Of a stretch of 64,000 nt of DNA, positions 37,118 through 50,149 are shown piece by piece. Where the stretch lies: assembly GCA_973851085.1 (NCBI GenBank), contig OZ316776.1, positions 6,262,001 through 6,326,000 of the forward strand. The letters run 5' to 3'. The translations under genes were made by a program, and so were the position numbers. Origin of the DNA: Ptychomitrium polyphyllum. Lineage: Eukaryota. The notes under the pieces were generated by a model that did not search any database, was not told the origin of the DNA, and saw only the letters and a list, made by a program, of their open reading frames with translations. How positions within the stretch are numbered: the stretch's first letter is position 1; the number at the start of each line of letters is the position of its first letter.

Positions 37118-39571
37118 AATCAATTATTCAGGTTATTCATTTTCAGATTACTCTAGGATCAGGAGAGATCGATAACCATTTCAGTACCTTCAGATGAAGT
37201 CCAAATAATGATTTAGGCCGACAGCAGGTTTAGAAAATTAGGTTGCTTGCAGCCAGTTTATCTTGTACTTGAGATATCAGGATCCTTTTTTCTTTTTGAT
37301 AATGGCCGAAGAAGTTTCGACCTTTTGACAGGTTCTGAACTGTACAAGCTGGTTCTTCAGGCTGTCTAGCTTAGTGGTTACAGCAGTGAGAAAATTTTGT
37401 ATACTTCCATTTTTTTGGTGGACTCGTAGCCTAGTAATTTTCTGCACTACTCATTTTAAATACCTGCCTTGGTACTCCCGTGCGTATTAGCCGGATATGA
37501 AGATGATGGAAATTCATTTAGTTCGAACATCCTGGTGTGTATCCCATACTGAGTACTATCACCAGGGTGTTATGTGGCACTAAAAAATTTGCACATTTTT
37601 GACGTCATGATTAGGATAATTGTTATACACTTCATCGTTCATAGTGCCAATGTCATAAAAGATGGCAACTATTTGTGATCCTTACGTTAGAGAGCTAACA
37701 GAGGTTCTGTACCTCTTTCTATCCAAGAAATGGTCAAATGAACTCTCTTGTGAAATTAAACATAAAACTTCTAAGGCAGGTGATGAATTGAAATGGAGCA
37801 ATTAGTTAGGCAAACTGAAAACTAATTGTTAGCTGCAGGTTTTGAAGCTGCCCATGAAATTCTTAGAAAAAATTGAGTCTACTATCACTACCAGGCTGGG
37901 AATAGTACCTTAAACGCCTTGCTACTTAGACAGGCACATTATCTGTTGGCCCACACAATTACGTTTACTCCAAATTTTTGGGTCGTGCGATTGAATACGT
38001 TAGGAGAGAAACATGCAACCTTATGAACTAGAGTCAGACATGCTACATCAAACTTGGAGTCTTCGCCAAATTTTCGTTAGTTCAGTCCAAACTAGTTTGC
38101 TTTTGCATTTCCTTTCTAGCGGTATTGATATGTTACACCAAAAATTCTAATTAATATGTATTTACTTCTAATTTACACATTATTCTGATGTTTTATTCAA
38201 AATGTTTTATTCAAACCTTGAGCATGTATAGAAATCCTACAACATGAACAATATCAATACTAACCTTCAAAGTCAATTATTTTGTTAGAATAAAATGCTA
38301 GAGCTTTACTTAAATCTAAATTAAATGCACAATAATGAGAATTTTCATTTCACCATAGCGCCATGCATCCCACGTCAAATCGAATTTCCTCTCTTGTGAC
38401 TGGCTGCAAGTGATAAGCTGATTTGATAGTTCATGGTTCACACGATGCTGAACCAAGAAACAGGTTACTGGCACCTGCTGGGATGAGTAGGCCATGGTGT
38501 TCTGCAATGGACTTCTGAATAGAGGAGAATAAAAGGCAGCCAATTCTGTCTGTGATGTGAGCACTTATCCAATATCTTATAATCCTCATTGTGTTTCAAA
38601 AATTTGGAGGTCGGAGCCTAGGGCCAACCTTTCAGAAATTCTGGGGCGCTCTTGCAAGCACCGCAGGGGGGTTGGAAATAGTTTTCAACCAGCAATTGAC
38701 GCGTCTCGGGTAAACCTCACTAACTGCGTCATTGCCCCAAGCGCAAAGATGAATTGATATCGTTCAAATTCAGCTTCTGTATCTCCTGCTTGCGAAACCA
38801 CTCGCAATCTGTAAGGGGTTAATATGCCATTCTGTCTAACCTGTCCACAAGACACTCTAAAGTCTGTGCCTGTGCATTCATGTACCTAGAATTCTAATTC
38901 TTATTTGAGACGAGAGCAAATCGACCAGTGATTTGGCAGTTCGTTCTAATGACTCATTCTAAGCTTCCGATTCTGACGAAAAATTGTCCTGTTTAGCTAC
39001 GATCTGACCAAATAGCTCGGCTACACAATAGTTTCACTGAATTCTCTGCCACAGGCTAAAGCAACAAACGAGATTTCACGTTCCACATACTGCAATTCAA
39101 GATATGCAAATACTGAGCCGTGTCTAACATTCAAAAACTAATATCCAAGTGGCAAAACGCAAGACGACAAAGACGTCAAGGCCTATGTTCTGCACCAAAA
39201 TGCAGCTCTCCGATTCATTACGAGTTTCACATGATTTCAAGCTTTCATACTATACAATCCCGTCCACAACAAAATTTGCCACATATTGCTTCTGCAACAA
39301 TGTGTACCTCAGAAATATTTTCCCACTAAATGGGAATCATATTTTCGTTTGAGAACAAAATGTATCGTACACAACCAGCGGCACAGCCTACCTAAACCCT
39401 TGGCTACCAAGAATCTATACAGCCAGGCAACAATACTGGTCTATAAATTATCGATAGCTATTGACCTAAGAACAGTATCATCGTTATACATATGCTACCT
39501 GGGTGACTCCAGATCACCCTCCAAAACTGTGAATTGTGAACTATTAATCCAGTTTGCTTCCTTGGCTACAT

Positions 39572-42500
39572 TTATTGTACGTTTGAGGTAGCAGTAAGTT
39601 CCTGCAACTTCTGTGCAGATGATAACGCCTCAACTACTGTTTCCTCCGCCATCAGATAACTGTCTACCTGAGCTGCCGCTTTCCTACCTTCAGCAATGGC
39701 CCACACGACCAGAGACTGTCCTCGCCGACAGTCACCAGCTGCAAACACTCCTTGCAAGTTGGTAGCATGCTTGCCAAAATCTGCCTTAAAGTTGGATCGA
39801 GCATCTGTTTGGAGACCCAGCTTCTCCGCAATGTTCTGCACAGAATGGTGAACATCCACGTCAATCGACCGGTACAGTTTCAAAGAAAATGTTTCTCATC
39901 ATTTTTTGAAAGTAAGCTCTGATGCAAGAACTTGGAACTACCAACACAGAACATCGCATCAGATAACATACTTGGACAGTAGATGAGACATTTCATGCAA
40001 GCTGTGGCATTTCTTGTGTTTAGAAAGCTGGATCCAAAAAGGTAAACCCCTCCATTGTTCAAGTATGTTATGAATACAACACCAAAATTCTATTATTTTA
40101 AAAGCAAACCGTCCCAAAAACACAGTTCTGGTGCAAGGGTCGGAAACTTACTTGCTCAGGGCCCAAGAAACCCATGGCTAGGAGCACAAGGTCGGCTTCA
40201 ATGATTTCGTTCGATCCTGCAACTTCCACCATCTCGAACCTTCCATTGTCACCCTTTTTCCACTCTACGTTGACAATCTCCATTCCCGTGATTCGTCCAT
40301 CGTCGTTGCCAACAAACCTCTTGGTCAGAACCTCGTAAGAGCGAGGATCCTTCCCAAACTTCGTCGCGGCCTCTTCGTGTCCGTAGTCCATTCTGAAGAC
40401 ACGAGGCCACTGAGGCCATGGGTTATTCGCAGCCCTCGTCTGTGGTGGCTGCGGAAGAAGCTCCAAGTTGACAACATTGGTGCAACCATGCCTGACCGAA
40501 GTTCCAATGCAATCCGTTCCAGTGTCACCACCACCGATAACAACGACCTTCTTCCCCTTAGCGGAGATATATTGCCCATCTTCCAAGTTGCTGTCCAACA
40601 GGCTCTTGGTGTTTTTGTGCAAGAACTCCATTGCGAAGTGGATGCCTTCCAGGTTACGTCCTTCAACAGAAAGGTCCCGGGGCTTGGTTGCACCGCAGGC
40701 GAGCAAAAGAGCGGCGTAGTCAGACCTGAGATTCTCAACCGAGTACATAGGGTCGACGCCAACGTGTGCATTCGTGACGAATTGTACGCCCTCCTGCTCC
40801 ATCAGATCAACCCTTCTTTGCACTACGTCGAACTTGTCGGTCTTCATGTTGGGCACACCATACATCATCAAGCCTCCCATCCGGTCCGATCGCTCAAAGA
40901 CGGTGACGGAGTGCCCCATCTTGTTCAGTTGATCCGCGGCCGCAAGCCCTGCCGGCCCACTGCCCACAATCGCTACTTTCTTCCCAGTTCGCTTCAGAGG
41001 CGGCCTTGGCACCATCCACCCATTCTCGAAGCCCTTGTCAATGATGGTGCACTCCATGGTCTTGATGGACACCGGATTCTCGATGATACCAAGCACGCAG
41101 GCACCCTCGCAAGGAGCCGGGCAGACGCGGCCGGTGAACTCAGGAAAGTTGTTGGTCTCCAGCAACCTGTCCAAGGCGTCACGCCACCGGTTTTGGTACA
41201 CGAGCTCGTTCCATTCTGGCACTTTGTTGCCCAAGGGGCAGCCAGTCTTGTCTTGATTGCAGAACGGGGTGCCGCAGTCCATGCACCTGGCAGATTGCGT
41301 CTTCACAAGGCCATCCTGATTGTCGGAGGCCAACACCTCTCCCCAATCTTTCATCCTCTCCTCTGCAGGTCGGTAGGGCAGCGGCTTCCGATCATACTTC
41401 ACGAACCCACCATGCTTGATCGGGTTCGACACTTCAGTAGGTCTGCTTGTCGAAGAAGCCTCCTGCTAACAGCGAACGGAAAACGGACCACCATTAGCTA
41501 CAAATACTACTCAAAATCCTGGAGAAAACGGAGGTCAAAATTCAAGGTTTAAGGTTTCAGCGAGCTCAATGTACCTCTGTAACTGGGAGCTTCCCATTTG
41601 ATGGACCATTAGCAACAACTTCCACAACCTTTTCAGCGACTTTCTCAACCTTCTCGAACTTCTGAGGAGCAGCCTTGATTTGATCCGCCGGTTCCTTCGC
41701 CTTGATCTCCTTCAACACGCGCTTGTAATCGCGAGGGAAGACCTTGATGAAGCTCGGAAGCAGGACGTCAAAATCAGCCAAGATTTCACCAGCAAGCTTG
41801 CTCTTAGTGTGGCGCTGATGCTGCTGGATCATAGCCCTAAGAATCATCACATCCTCTTCCTCTTCGACCGGGTCCAAATCGACCAACCCCATGTTGCACG
41901 TCGACTTGAAGGTGCCCTCCTTGTCAAGGACATATGCAGTGCCACCACTCATTCCAGCTGCGAAGTTCTTCCCAGTCTTTCCAAGCACCACGACAACACC
42001 GCCAGTCATGTACTCACATCCATGGTCTCCGACTCCTTCCACCACAGTCTTGGCTCCTGAGTTTCGTACTGCGAATCTCTCAGCTGCCATACCGTTGAAG
42101 TAAGCCTCTCCACTAGTTGCGCCATAGAGAGCCACGTTTCCAATCACGATATTCTCCTTGGGGTCGAAGGTGCTGCATCGGGGAGGGTACACCACAATCT
42201 TACCGCCGCAAAGACCTTTCCCGACGTAGTCATTGCTGTCACCCTCAAGTTCAATTGTGATTCCTTGGGTCATGAAGGCGCCAATAGATTGTCCGGCGCT
42301 TCCATTCAGCTTCACGTAGATGGTATCGTTGGGAAGCCCTGCCAATTTGTAACGCTTCGTAACCTCATGGCTGAGCATTGTACCGACTGCCCTGTTGGTA
42401 TTCTTCACGGGGCTTTCAATGTAGACCGGAAGCTTGCTCTCCAGCGCAGCTCGTGAGAGCTTAATCAGGTCCTGGTCCAAAGCGAGCTCCAGCTCGTGGT

Positions 42501-45500
42501 CTTGCTCCATGACGCATCGCTGTGCGGCATTAGGTCGAATCGTAGCTGCGGGGCGTAAGAGCAACGAGAGGTCAATGTTAGCGAGCTTCTCGTTTCCTGC
42601 GAGAACCTCCTCGTCCACCTCGAGAAAGTCGGCACGGCCAATGAGGTCGTCCATGTTGCGGATGCCCAAGTTGGCCATAAACTCGCGAGCCTCTTCGGCG
42701 ACCATGAAAAGGTAGTTGATAACGTGCTCAGGCTGTCCCGCAAACTTGGCTCTCAGAACAGGGTCTTGGGTTGCAATGCCAACCGGGCAAGTGTTCTTGT
42801 GGCACTTACGCATCATGATGCATCCCATGGTAATCAGAGGAGCTGTTGCAAATCCGAATTCCTCCGCTCCCAGCAAGGCAGCCACCATGATATCTCGCCC
42901 AGTCTTCAACTGACCATCTGTTTGCAGAACAGTGCGACCACGAAGATCATTCGCAACGAGGGTTTGGTGAGTCTCGGCCAAACCAAGCTCCCACGGCAAA
43001 CCGGCATTCTTGATACCAGTCCAGCGACTGGCACCCGTTCCTCCGTCGTGGCCAGAGATCAGGACATGATCTGCGTGACCCTTCACCACTCCACTCGCCA
43101 CAACACCAACTCCTGCTTCTGACACGAGCTTCACACTCACCCTCGCGCCAGGGTTGGCGTTCTTGAGATCATGAATGAGCTGCGAAAGATCTTCAATAGA
43201 GTAAATGTCGTGGTGTGGTGGAGGACTAATGAGGCCAACACCAGGTGTGGAGTTTCGCGTCACAGCGATATCACCAATCACCTTGTGCCCTGGCAATTCT
43301 CCACCCTCACCAGGTTTGGCACCCTGGGCCATCTTGATTTGTAGCTCGTCAGCATTGGTAAGGTAGTAGCTCGTCACTCCAAACCGTCCACTAGCAATCT
43401 GCTTGATAGCGCTTCGCTGAGGATTCTGGGAGCCATCCTCAAGAGGCTCAAGTCGGAGAGGGTTCTCTCCTCCCTCACCTGTGTTGGACTTTCCACCAAT
43501 CTTGTTCATGGCGATGGCGAGAGTAGAATGTGCTTCCAGGGAAATGGAACCATAGCTCATGGCGCCAGTACAGAAACGCTTCACGATCTCGGAGGCATGC
43601 TCAACCTCATCCAGGGATATTCTGCTGGACTCTGGCTGCGCCTTGAACTTGAGCATACCACGAACATTCACTCTCTTGTTCAACTCGTGGGTCATCTTCG
43701 AAAAGTCCTTGAATGCATCGACACTGTTAGTGCGTGCCGCTTCTTGGAGCTTCGCCATGGCCATGGGGTCATTCAAATGAACTTCACCGTCCTTCCTCCA
43801 GTTATAATCTCCTGGGTTAGGAAGAGCATTCGCATCAGCGCTACCCTCCGGAGCTTCGCGCTGTGGGAAAGCCATTTCGTGCAACCTAAGGATATCCTTG
43901 GCTAACATCTCAAATGTGGCTCCTTCCACGCGACTAGGCGTTCCCTTGAAGCATCTCGACACAACCTCCGAGGACAGTCCCAACGCCTCAAAGATTTGTG
44001 CTCCCTTGTATGATGCCAAAGTGGAGATACCCATCTTTGCAAGAACCTTGAGCATACCAGAGTTGCTGGCATAGAAGTATGACTTCACAATCTCATCCCT
44101 AGAGAAGGACTTGCCAGCCTTCTCCGAGGGAATCTTTCCATCGACCTGTAGCCTGAAAATGGTCTCAATCGCCAAATATGGGCATATAGCATCAGCTCCA
44201 AACCCGACGAGTGTGCAGAAATGGTGAACCTCTCGAGGCTCCGCGGATTCAACCACAAGACCGATGCGAGTGCGCTCCATGGATTGAACTAAGTGATGGT
44301 GCACGGCTCCGGTAGCCAACAACGAGCTTACTGGCACCCTTTGCGTTGATGTGCCTGATCAAATAACCAAGGAGAAATTCATGAGCATTTTAGGTGTATC
44401 CATCTCTCTTCAAATCATGCAAAAGAATGTCTGAGAAGATGTGGTAGTTAAGAAAATGAAAAGTAGCAGAATTTACCTCTGTCAGAAAGGAGCAAAATGG
44501 AGTAACCCTCAGCTACCGCTATACGTGCTTCGGCACAGATGCGAGTAAGTGCATTCTCGAGGCCAGCAGGTCCTTCAGACTTGTCAAACGTGATGTCAAC
44601 TACCATCGTCTTCCACCCACGGTATTCCATTCTCTTCACGGCTTCCATCTCCTCGAGGCCGAGGAGAGGGCCGCTCAGAGAGAGGCGATGGCATTGATGC
44701 TCAACCGTCTCAGTCAGATCACCCTCAGGCCCAACCATACACCGCGTAGATGTCACAACTGCTTCACGGATTGGATCAATTGGCGGATTCGTAACCTGCC
44801 GAACCAAAATGAAACCAGCAGAAGCAATTGCTTTAGTCAGTTAGAATTTCTTGATCGGAAGGAATAACAAAATTGACTTCACTAGTTTTAGTAGAGAAAA
44901 TCTGAAGTTGTGAATGATGTATGATACCTGTGCAAACATTTGCTTGAAGTACTCAAACAAAAGTTTTGGCCTGTTGGACATCATTGCCAGTGGAGCGTCA
45001 TTTCCCATAGACCCCAATGCCTCGGAACCGTCCTTCGCCATGGGAAGAAGAAGCATTTCCAGATTTTCCGTGGTATAGCTGAGCCAACACCAGAATTTCT
45101 CATCAGTGACACATTCTTCAGCCATGCTGAGAAGAATCAGACATAAAATTTCAGTGAAAACCATCAAAAACATTAACAGATGCCAACAGAGAGGACATTA
45201 CCCAATGAACTTACCCAAAAGCTTTAAGAGGTGTCAGCAACCCCTTAATTCCCATATTGTCCACGGAGAAATTAGGGCTGGCTACATTTTTGTCCCCAAT
45301 AATGACAGGAGGCACTCGCATCTTCTCTGGCACAGATTCCACAATCTCCTGGAGAGTAAACTTCTGGCGCCCAAGCCACTCAGCATAAGGATGCTTGGAT
45401 GATTGCTGCTTCTTGAGTTCGTCACCATCAACCACTTTGTGGTTTTCGAAGTCCACCAGCAACATGGTGCCGGGATGGAGCCGCCCCTTCTGGGCAACAT

Positions 45501-47929
45501 TTTCGGGCTCCACATCAACCACACCCACTTCGCTAGCCATGATCACACGGCCGTCGTGCGTCACGTAGAATCGTCCAGGTCGGAGTCCGTTACGGTCAAG
45601 TGTAGCACCCAAATACTTCCCATCGGTGACTGCAGAGTACAAATTTCACATCAGATGTATCACACAAGATTCTCCGAGCGCTAAATTCAGAAAACATGAT
45701 AGATTTGAGTAAAATTCCAGTGCAGCTTACATGTGACTAGGGCAGGTCCATCCCAAGGCTCGATGATGCACGAGAAATACTCGTAAAGTGCGCGGCGCTC
45801 CGAGTCCATGTTGGGATCATTCTGCCATGCATCCGGAATCATCATCATGACGGCCTCGGGAAGGGATCGACCGGATCGCACCAGCAACTCCAACACTCCA
45901 TCAAACACACCTAAAACACTCGCCTCACAAGTAAAGCCAGAGTAGTGTACTCCCAAATTCTTGTCAAATCAAAAAACGTTCTCCTTATGAAGTATCACAA
46001 CTACAAATAAACGAATCAAGGTAAACGCAAAGGCAAGCATGTACCAGAGTCCGAAGAGCCGGCGTCAACAATGGGCAGCAGCTTCTTGAGCTCCTCCGTT
46101 GACAGTCCAAGGTTCTTGCATTTGAAGAGACCCTCTCGGGCGTGCATCCTTTAAAACCCAAGTTAGAAATGTGAGCGTAATCTAACAAGATAAACTTATA
46201 ATTAGCCAAAACATAGCAGTTGAAGAGTTAATCCATACGAAATTAGGATTTGGGCTGTGAAAGCAATACCAGTTGACATTTCCTCGCAATGTGTTGATCT
46301 CTCCGTTGTGACCTAACATGCGCATGGGCTGCGCTCTGTCCCAGCTCGGGAACGTGTTGGTGGAGAATCGAGAATGCACGATTCCCATAAAACTCGTAAA
46401 CCTCTCATCGCCCAGGTCGGCGTAGAAGTAGTTTGTCAGCTGATTCGGTTTCAGTTGCCCTTTGTACACAACCGTCCTGCAACACAACACGTCCAATCCC
46501 AAACCTCAGTTCTCTAAGTTCCAAAGAAACGAACTTGAGCAAAGGAAAATGAGAAAGAAAAGGAAATTTAGAAAAAGGGGAAGTAAAAAAACAGAGTTTG
46601 AAGACCATTTTCGTAGCCACAGTAATCAACACCAAAAGCAGATTTTGAGGAGAGCTGTAGCACCTAGATGACAGGGAGCAGATGTAGAAATCCTTGGAGG
46701 CGCCGCGCTTCAAGTTGAGGATAGCGCGGATTGCCAACATTGAGGACTTCCGCAAAATGTACATCTGAGACTCAAAGTCGACATTTGAGAGCGGGCTGGC
46801 AGTGAGGAACACTTGCTCGATTAGAGGCTCCGTCTCAATGGCAGATTTCCCCAAGTCGGAGTTGTCAGTTTTGATCTTCCGCCATCCCAGCACGGTATGA
46901 CCGAGCCCCTCCGCCACTTCGGTGAACACCTTCCTTGCATGCTCGCGACGAGCGTCAGAAGTGGGCATGAACATCATACCGACGGCGTAGTCTCCAAGCG
47001 ACGGCAATTCACATCCTATCTCTTCGGGTACAACCTGTTTAATTACCAGTCCTCAGTCCTCGCTATAGGTTCACAACCGAATGTATTAAAATCCTTTCAA
47101 GGAATCTATTGCCGTGCAGATAGCCTCTAGCATTACCTGGGAGAAGTAGTCGTGGGGAATGCCCACGAGAATTCCAGCGCCGTCTCCCGTGTTCTCTTCG
47201 CACCCACAGGCTCCCCTATGCGCCATTCGCTCAAGCATCTCCAGCGCATCCTTAACCTGAATGCGAACCAAAATTTAAGAAAAAACAAAAGATACAGGTG
47301 CTTGGACCTCAATGCTCTGCATTTGTGTTCATTTTGGCAAGCCGCAAGCAAGTGATCGCTACCTTCTTCCAAAATCAGTGAAGCTACTATCGTGCATTGT
47401 TAGATCGCACGGCCTCGATAACGTAAAAGAAACTGCCATAGATTGTCATAATGTTCACAACGAGACGTAGAGCAAATCTTGGCAAGCTTACAATGTCACG
47501 GCTGGGCTCTTGCGAGAGCTTGGCGACGAATCCCACACCGCATCCATCCTTGTCGAATGCGGGCTCGTACAATCCAAGGTTTGTTTCGGGCACCGACGAC
47601 AATCCAGCCCTTACCGTGACTTGGATGGTCTGGAGCGCTTGTCGTTGTTGCTTCGGCAACTGCCCCCAGAACCGCTTCTCAGCGAGCTCGCGAACTCCAG
47701 TCTTTCTCAGCCCGACGAACTTACCCCCTGCTAGCAACTGACGGCTGCCGAATGACGACGCGCCGAGCAGTGTAGCGCCAGTGGACACAACCCCCGCACG
47801 TCCAACCGCAAGTGCAGCGCCTCTCACGTGCTCTACACCCTTGCGCAACTTATTTGTCTTCCCCCCACCATAAATATTACGCGCGGCTTGTGGTTGAGCA
47901 TGCAAGGGTGCACATAGCAGAGCTTCCAT
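39572..47929 (-). CDS. GLT1: NADH-dependent glutamate synthase (NADH-GOGAT; fused alpha and beta domains, plastid-type presequence), 12 coding exons, about 2219 aa
   Basis: Exons 47929-47492, 47256-47137, 47034-46664, 46476-46270, 46148-46045, 45910-45731, 45629-45215, 45078-44928, 44795-44477, 44354-41575, 41462-40152, 39835-39572; sum 6660 nt, in frame. Ntn Cys in [32 protein letters not shown]; 3Fe-4S motif [13 protein letters not shown]; beta-domain [21 protein letters not shown]. Confidence 0.98.
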
Positions 47930-50149
47930 TAGCAAACTTCCCCTGTATTCGATTCGGCACCCTCCTCTGAACAATCAACCGCTGAACTTAACGAGAGCAA
48001 TCAACGAACTCTGATCGAGATGACTCGACCCGAGTGGACTCCCACTCCAAGTCCTCCTGCAGCGGATCCGAACATCCCCACGCGCACCACCAGTAGTAGC
48101 AGCTTAGTCAGTTCCACCCAAATTTTCGAACTGATCGAACCCGATTATATGCCTGCAGTCGAAGAAGTACTGATAAAAAAACAGAGTACTTCAGAAAATG
48201 TCTAGAAAGTCGACGCCGCAACCTGATCAGCCAAGAATCTAGATGTGCAGATGACCTCAGCCTGCAGCGGAAGTGAGCTCGAGAGGGAGCTAGCCTGGAC
48301 CGAGGCGAGGTGCGTGAGGGGCTGCAAACTACTTCGGAAGGAAACGGTGCCGCTAGACTTATAAAGAAAAATTCGACGCTGGTCTTCACCAGGGAAAGAA
48401 ACCAAAACCAGACACTCCCGGCTGGTCAAGGTGCCCAAAGGCCGTCGCGGATGGACGCCGTTCGATGACTGTAATTACTCGTAATCCAACCGCTAAACCG
48501 TCGCAACTTCGTCGATGCTATTGCCGGTACATTGAAGTTTTTGCTGTAACCACATGCTGCAGGTGATCTTTCTGTAGCCTCGTCTCTTTTCACGTATCTT
48601 TTGCCTACGGTCACGACAACTTTCTAGGGTCTTCCAGGAAGCATTGCGGAGCCGGCGAATCTGTTTGCTGGAATTCGTCCTCTTATTTCTGCCCATTTCG
48701 CTGCTCAGACAAACCAATCCTAGATCCAACTTGACAGACACTTGGTTGAGAACTGGAAATTATTAATTTAGTAAGTCTTGGAGTAACTGGGACGAACTGA
48801 AACCAAAGTGGTTGAAACAATTCTACGGTGCGATAAGCTCTTTGCACTCGCGTGTGCTGACCTTGTCATACCCCTACAAAACTGCACGGGCTTAGAATAT
48901 TACTATCGGTTTAGTAATACGTAAAGCTTGGAACTTCAAAGCTGGACCCTTCTGGCAGGTTTCTGCCTCGCAGCCCAACTATAGGCGAACTGATCTTCTC
49001 TTTCGTTTTATTTTTAGTTTCAGAAGACGTCAGTTGTAACATTAGCACTCCTTCAAAATCGTATATGAGTTTTTGTTCTACTTTCGTACAAGAGAATAAG
49101 GGAGGAAATCAAGTATTGTCTGTAAATTTGTAATTGTTCGTACGTGCTTCAGTAACTTTGATTTGCGTTATTTCTTTCTGGTTATTTGACCCGGGGTCTT
49201 TAATTTTACAAGCACGAAGCTCTTGGATAATTGTGAGCCTGATGTGGGCTCTGTTCACATGAGACCGCTCTGAGGAAAAGAGCAGTCATGGTAAATGCAC
49301 CGTGGCCCCACATGCCCAACTAACCTTTGCTGGTTTCAGATTATGGAGACTTGATCTGCTTTTTGAGTTTTCTTTTCGTAAGTGAATGAGGATGTGTCTT
49401 AATTTAACTCTGTAGGGCCCTATTCTGGAATGTTCAGAGGAGCATGTAGTCTCTTATTAGAAAGTTGATATGGGACGGTGGCTCCCACAACCCACCATAT
49501 AGAAAGCTGGGGCCCCCTTTCTCCCTTTATTATCGGGTATAGGCACTTGGCATGCTTGTGATGCAATTGGATGAATCTTGCTCATGATTATGTTCACATT
49601 CCAGTGCAGTAAATGATCGTTTCTGAAACATTGGAGTTGTCCCTGCACTGGTATATGCAAAGTCGTAGATTCAGCAGAAGGAATCTGTTTTTGGGACGCT
49701 ACGACGTCTCGGGATTACCAACATTGTGCAGAACCAGCACTGGTTCCCGTAAACATGGCATGCAAGGAGCAGTGTCTGAGCAATAGTCATGATCGCATCC
49801 ATTGTAAACTTGGCCCACTTCTCTGGGTGCCAAGATTATGAAATACTGAAATCATAAGATAATAAATTGTAAGCTTGGACCTACTGTACGTGGGTTGGCA
49901 TACCGAATTTTTGGTACAGTTTAAAAATTTGAAAAGGTTTGAGGCCTGCAAGCAGAACTTCCGTTGTTGCAGAGGAGAAAGCTGTTGTTTTTAAGCCTGC
50001 ACTCCCCCGCAAGTCACAATATTGAGACTAAAGGAGTGCAAAGAGGAGAGCCATATGTTCCAATTATATCTACTACCATAACAATTTGGAAATTTTTTAC
50101 AAGTGAATACTACATGCAAACTGCAACTTTGTCCTTAATTAATTAGGTG

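Noticed and set aside
40377..41552. 391-aa plus-strand ORF and other antisense ORFs over GOGAT
   Set aside because: Antisense shadows of a codon-biased GC-rich exon; no independent motifs.
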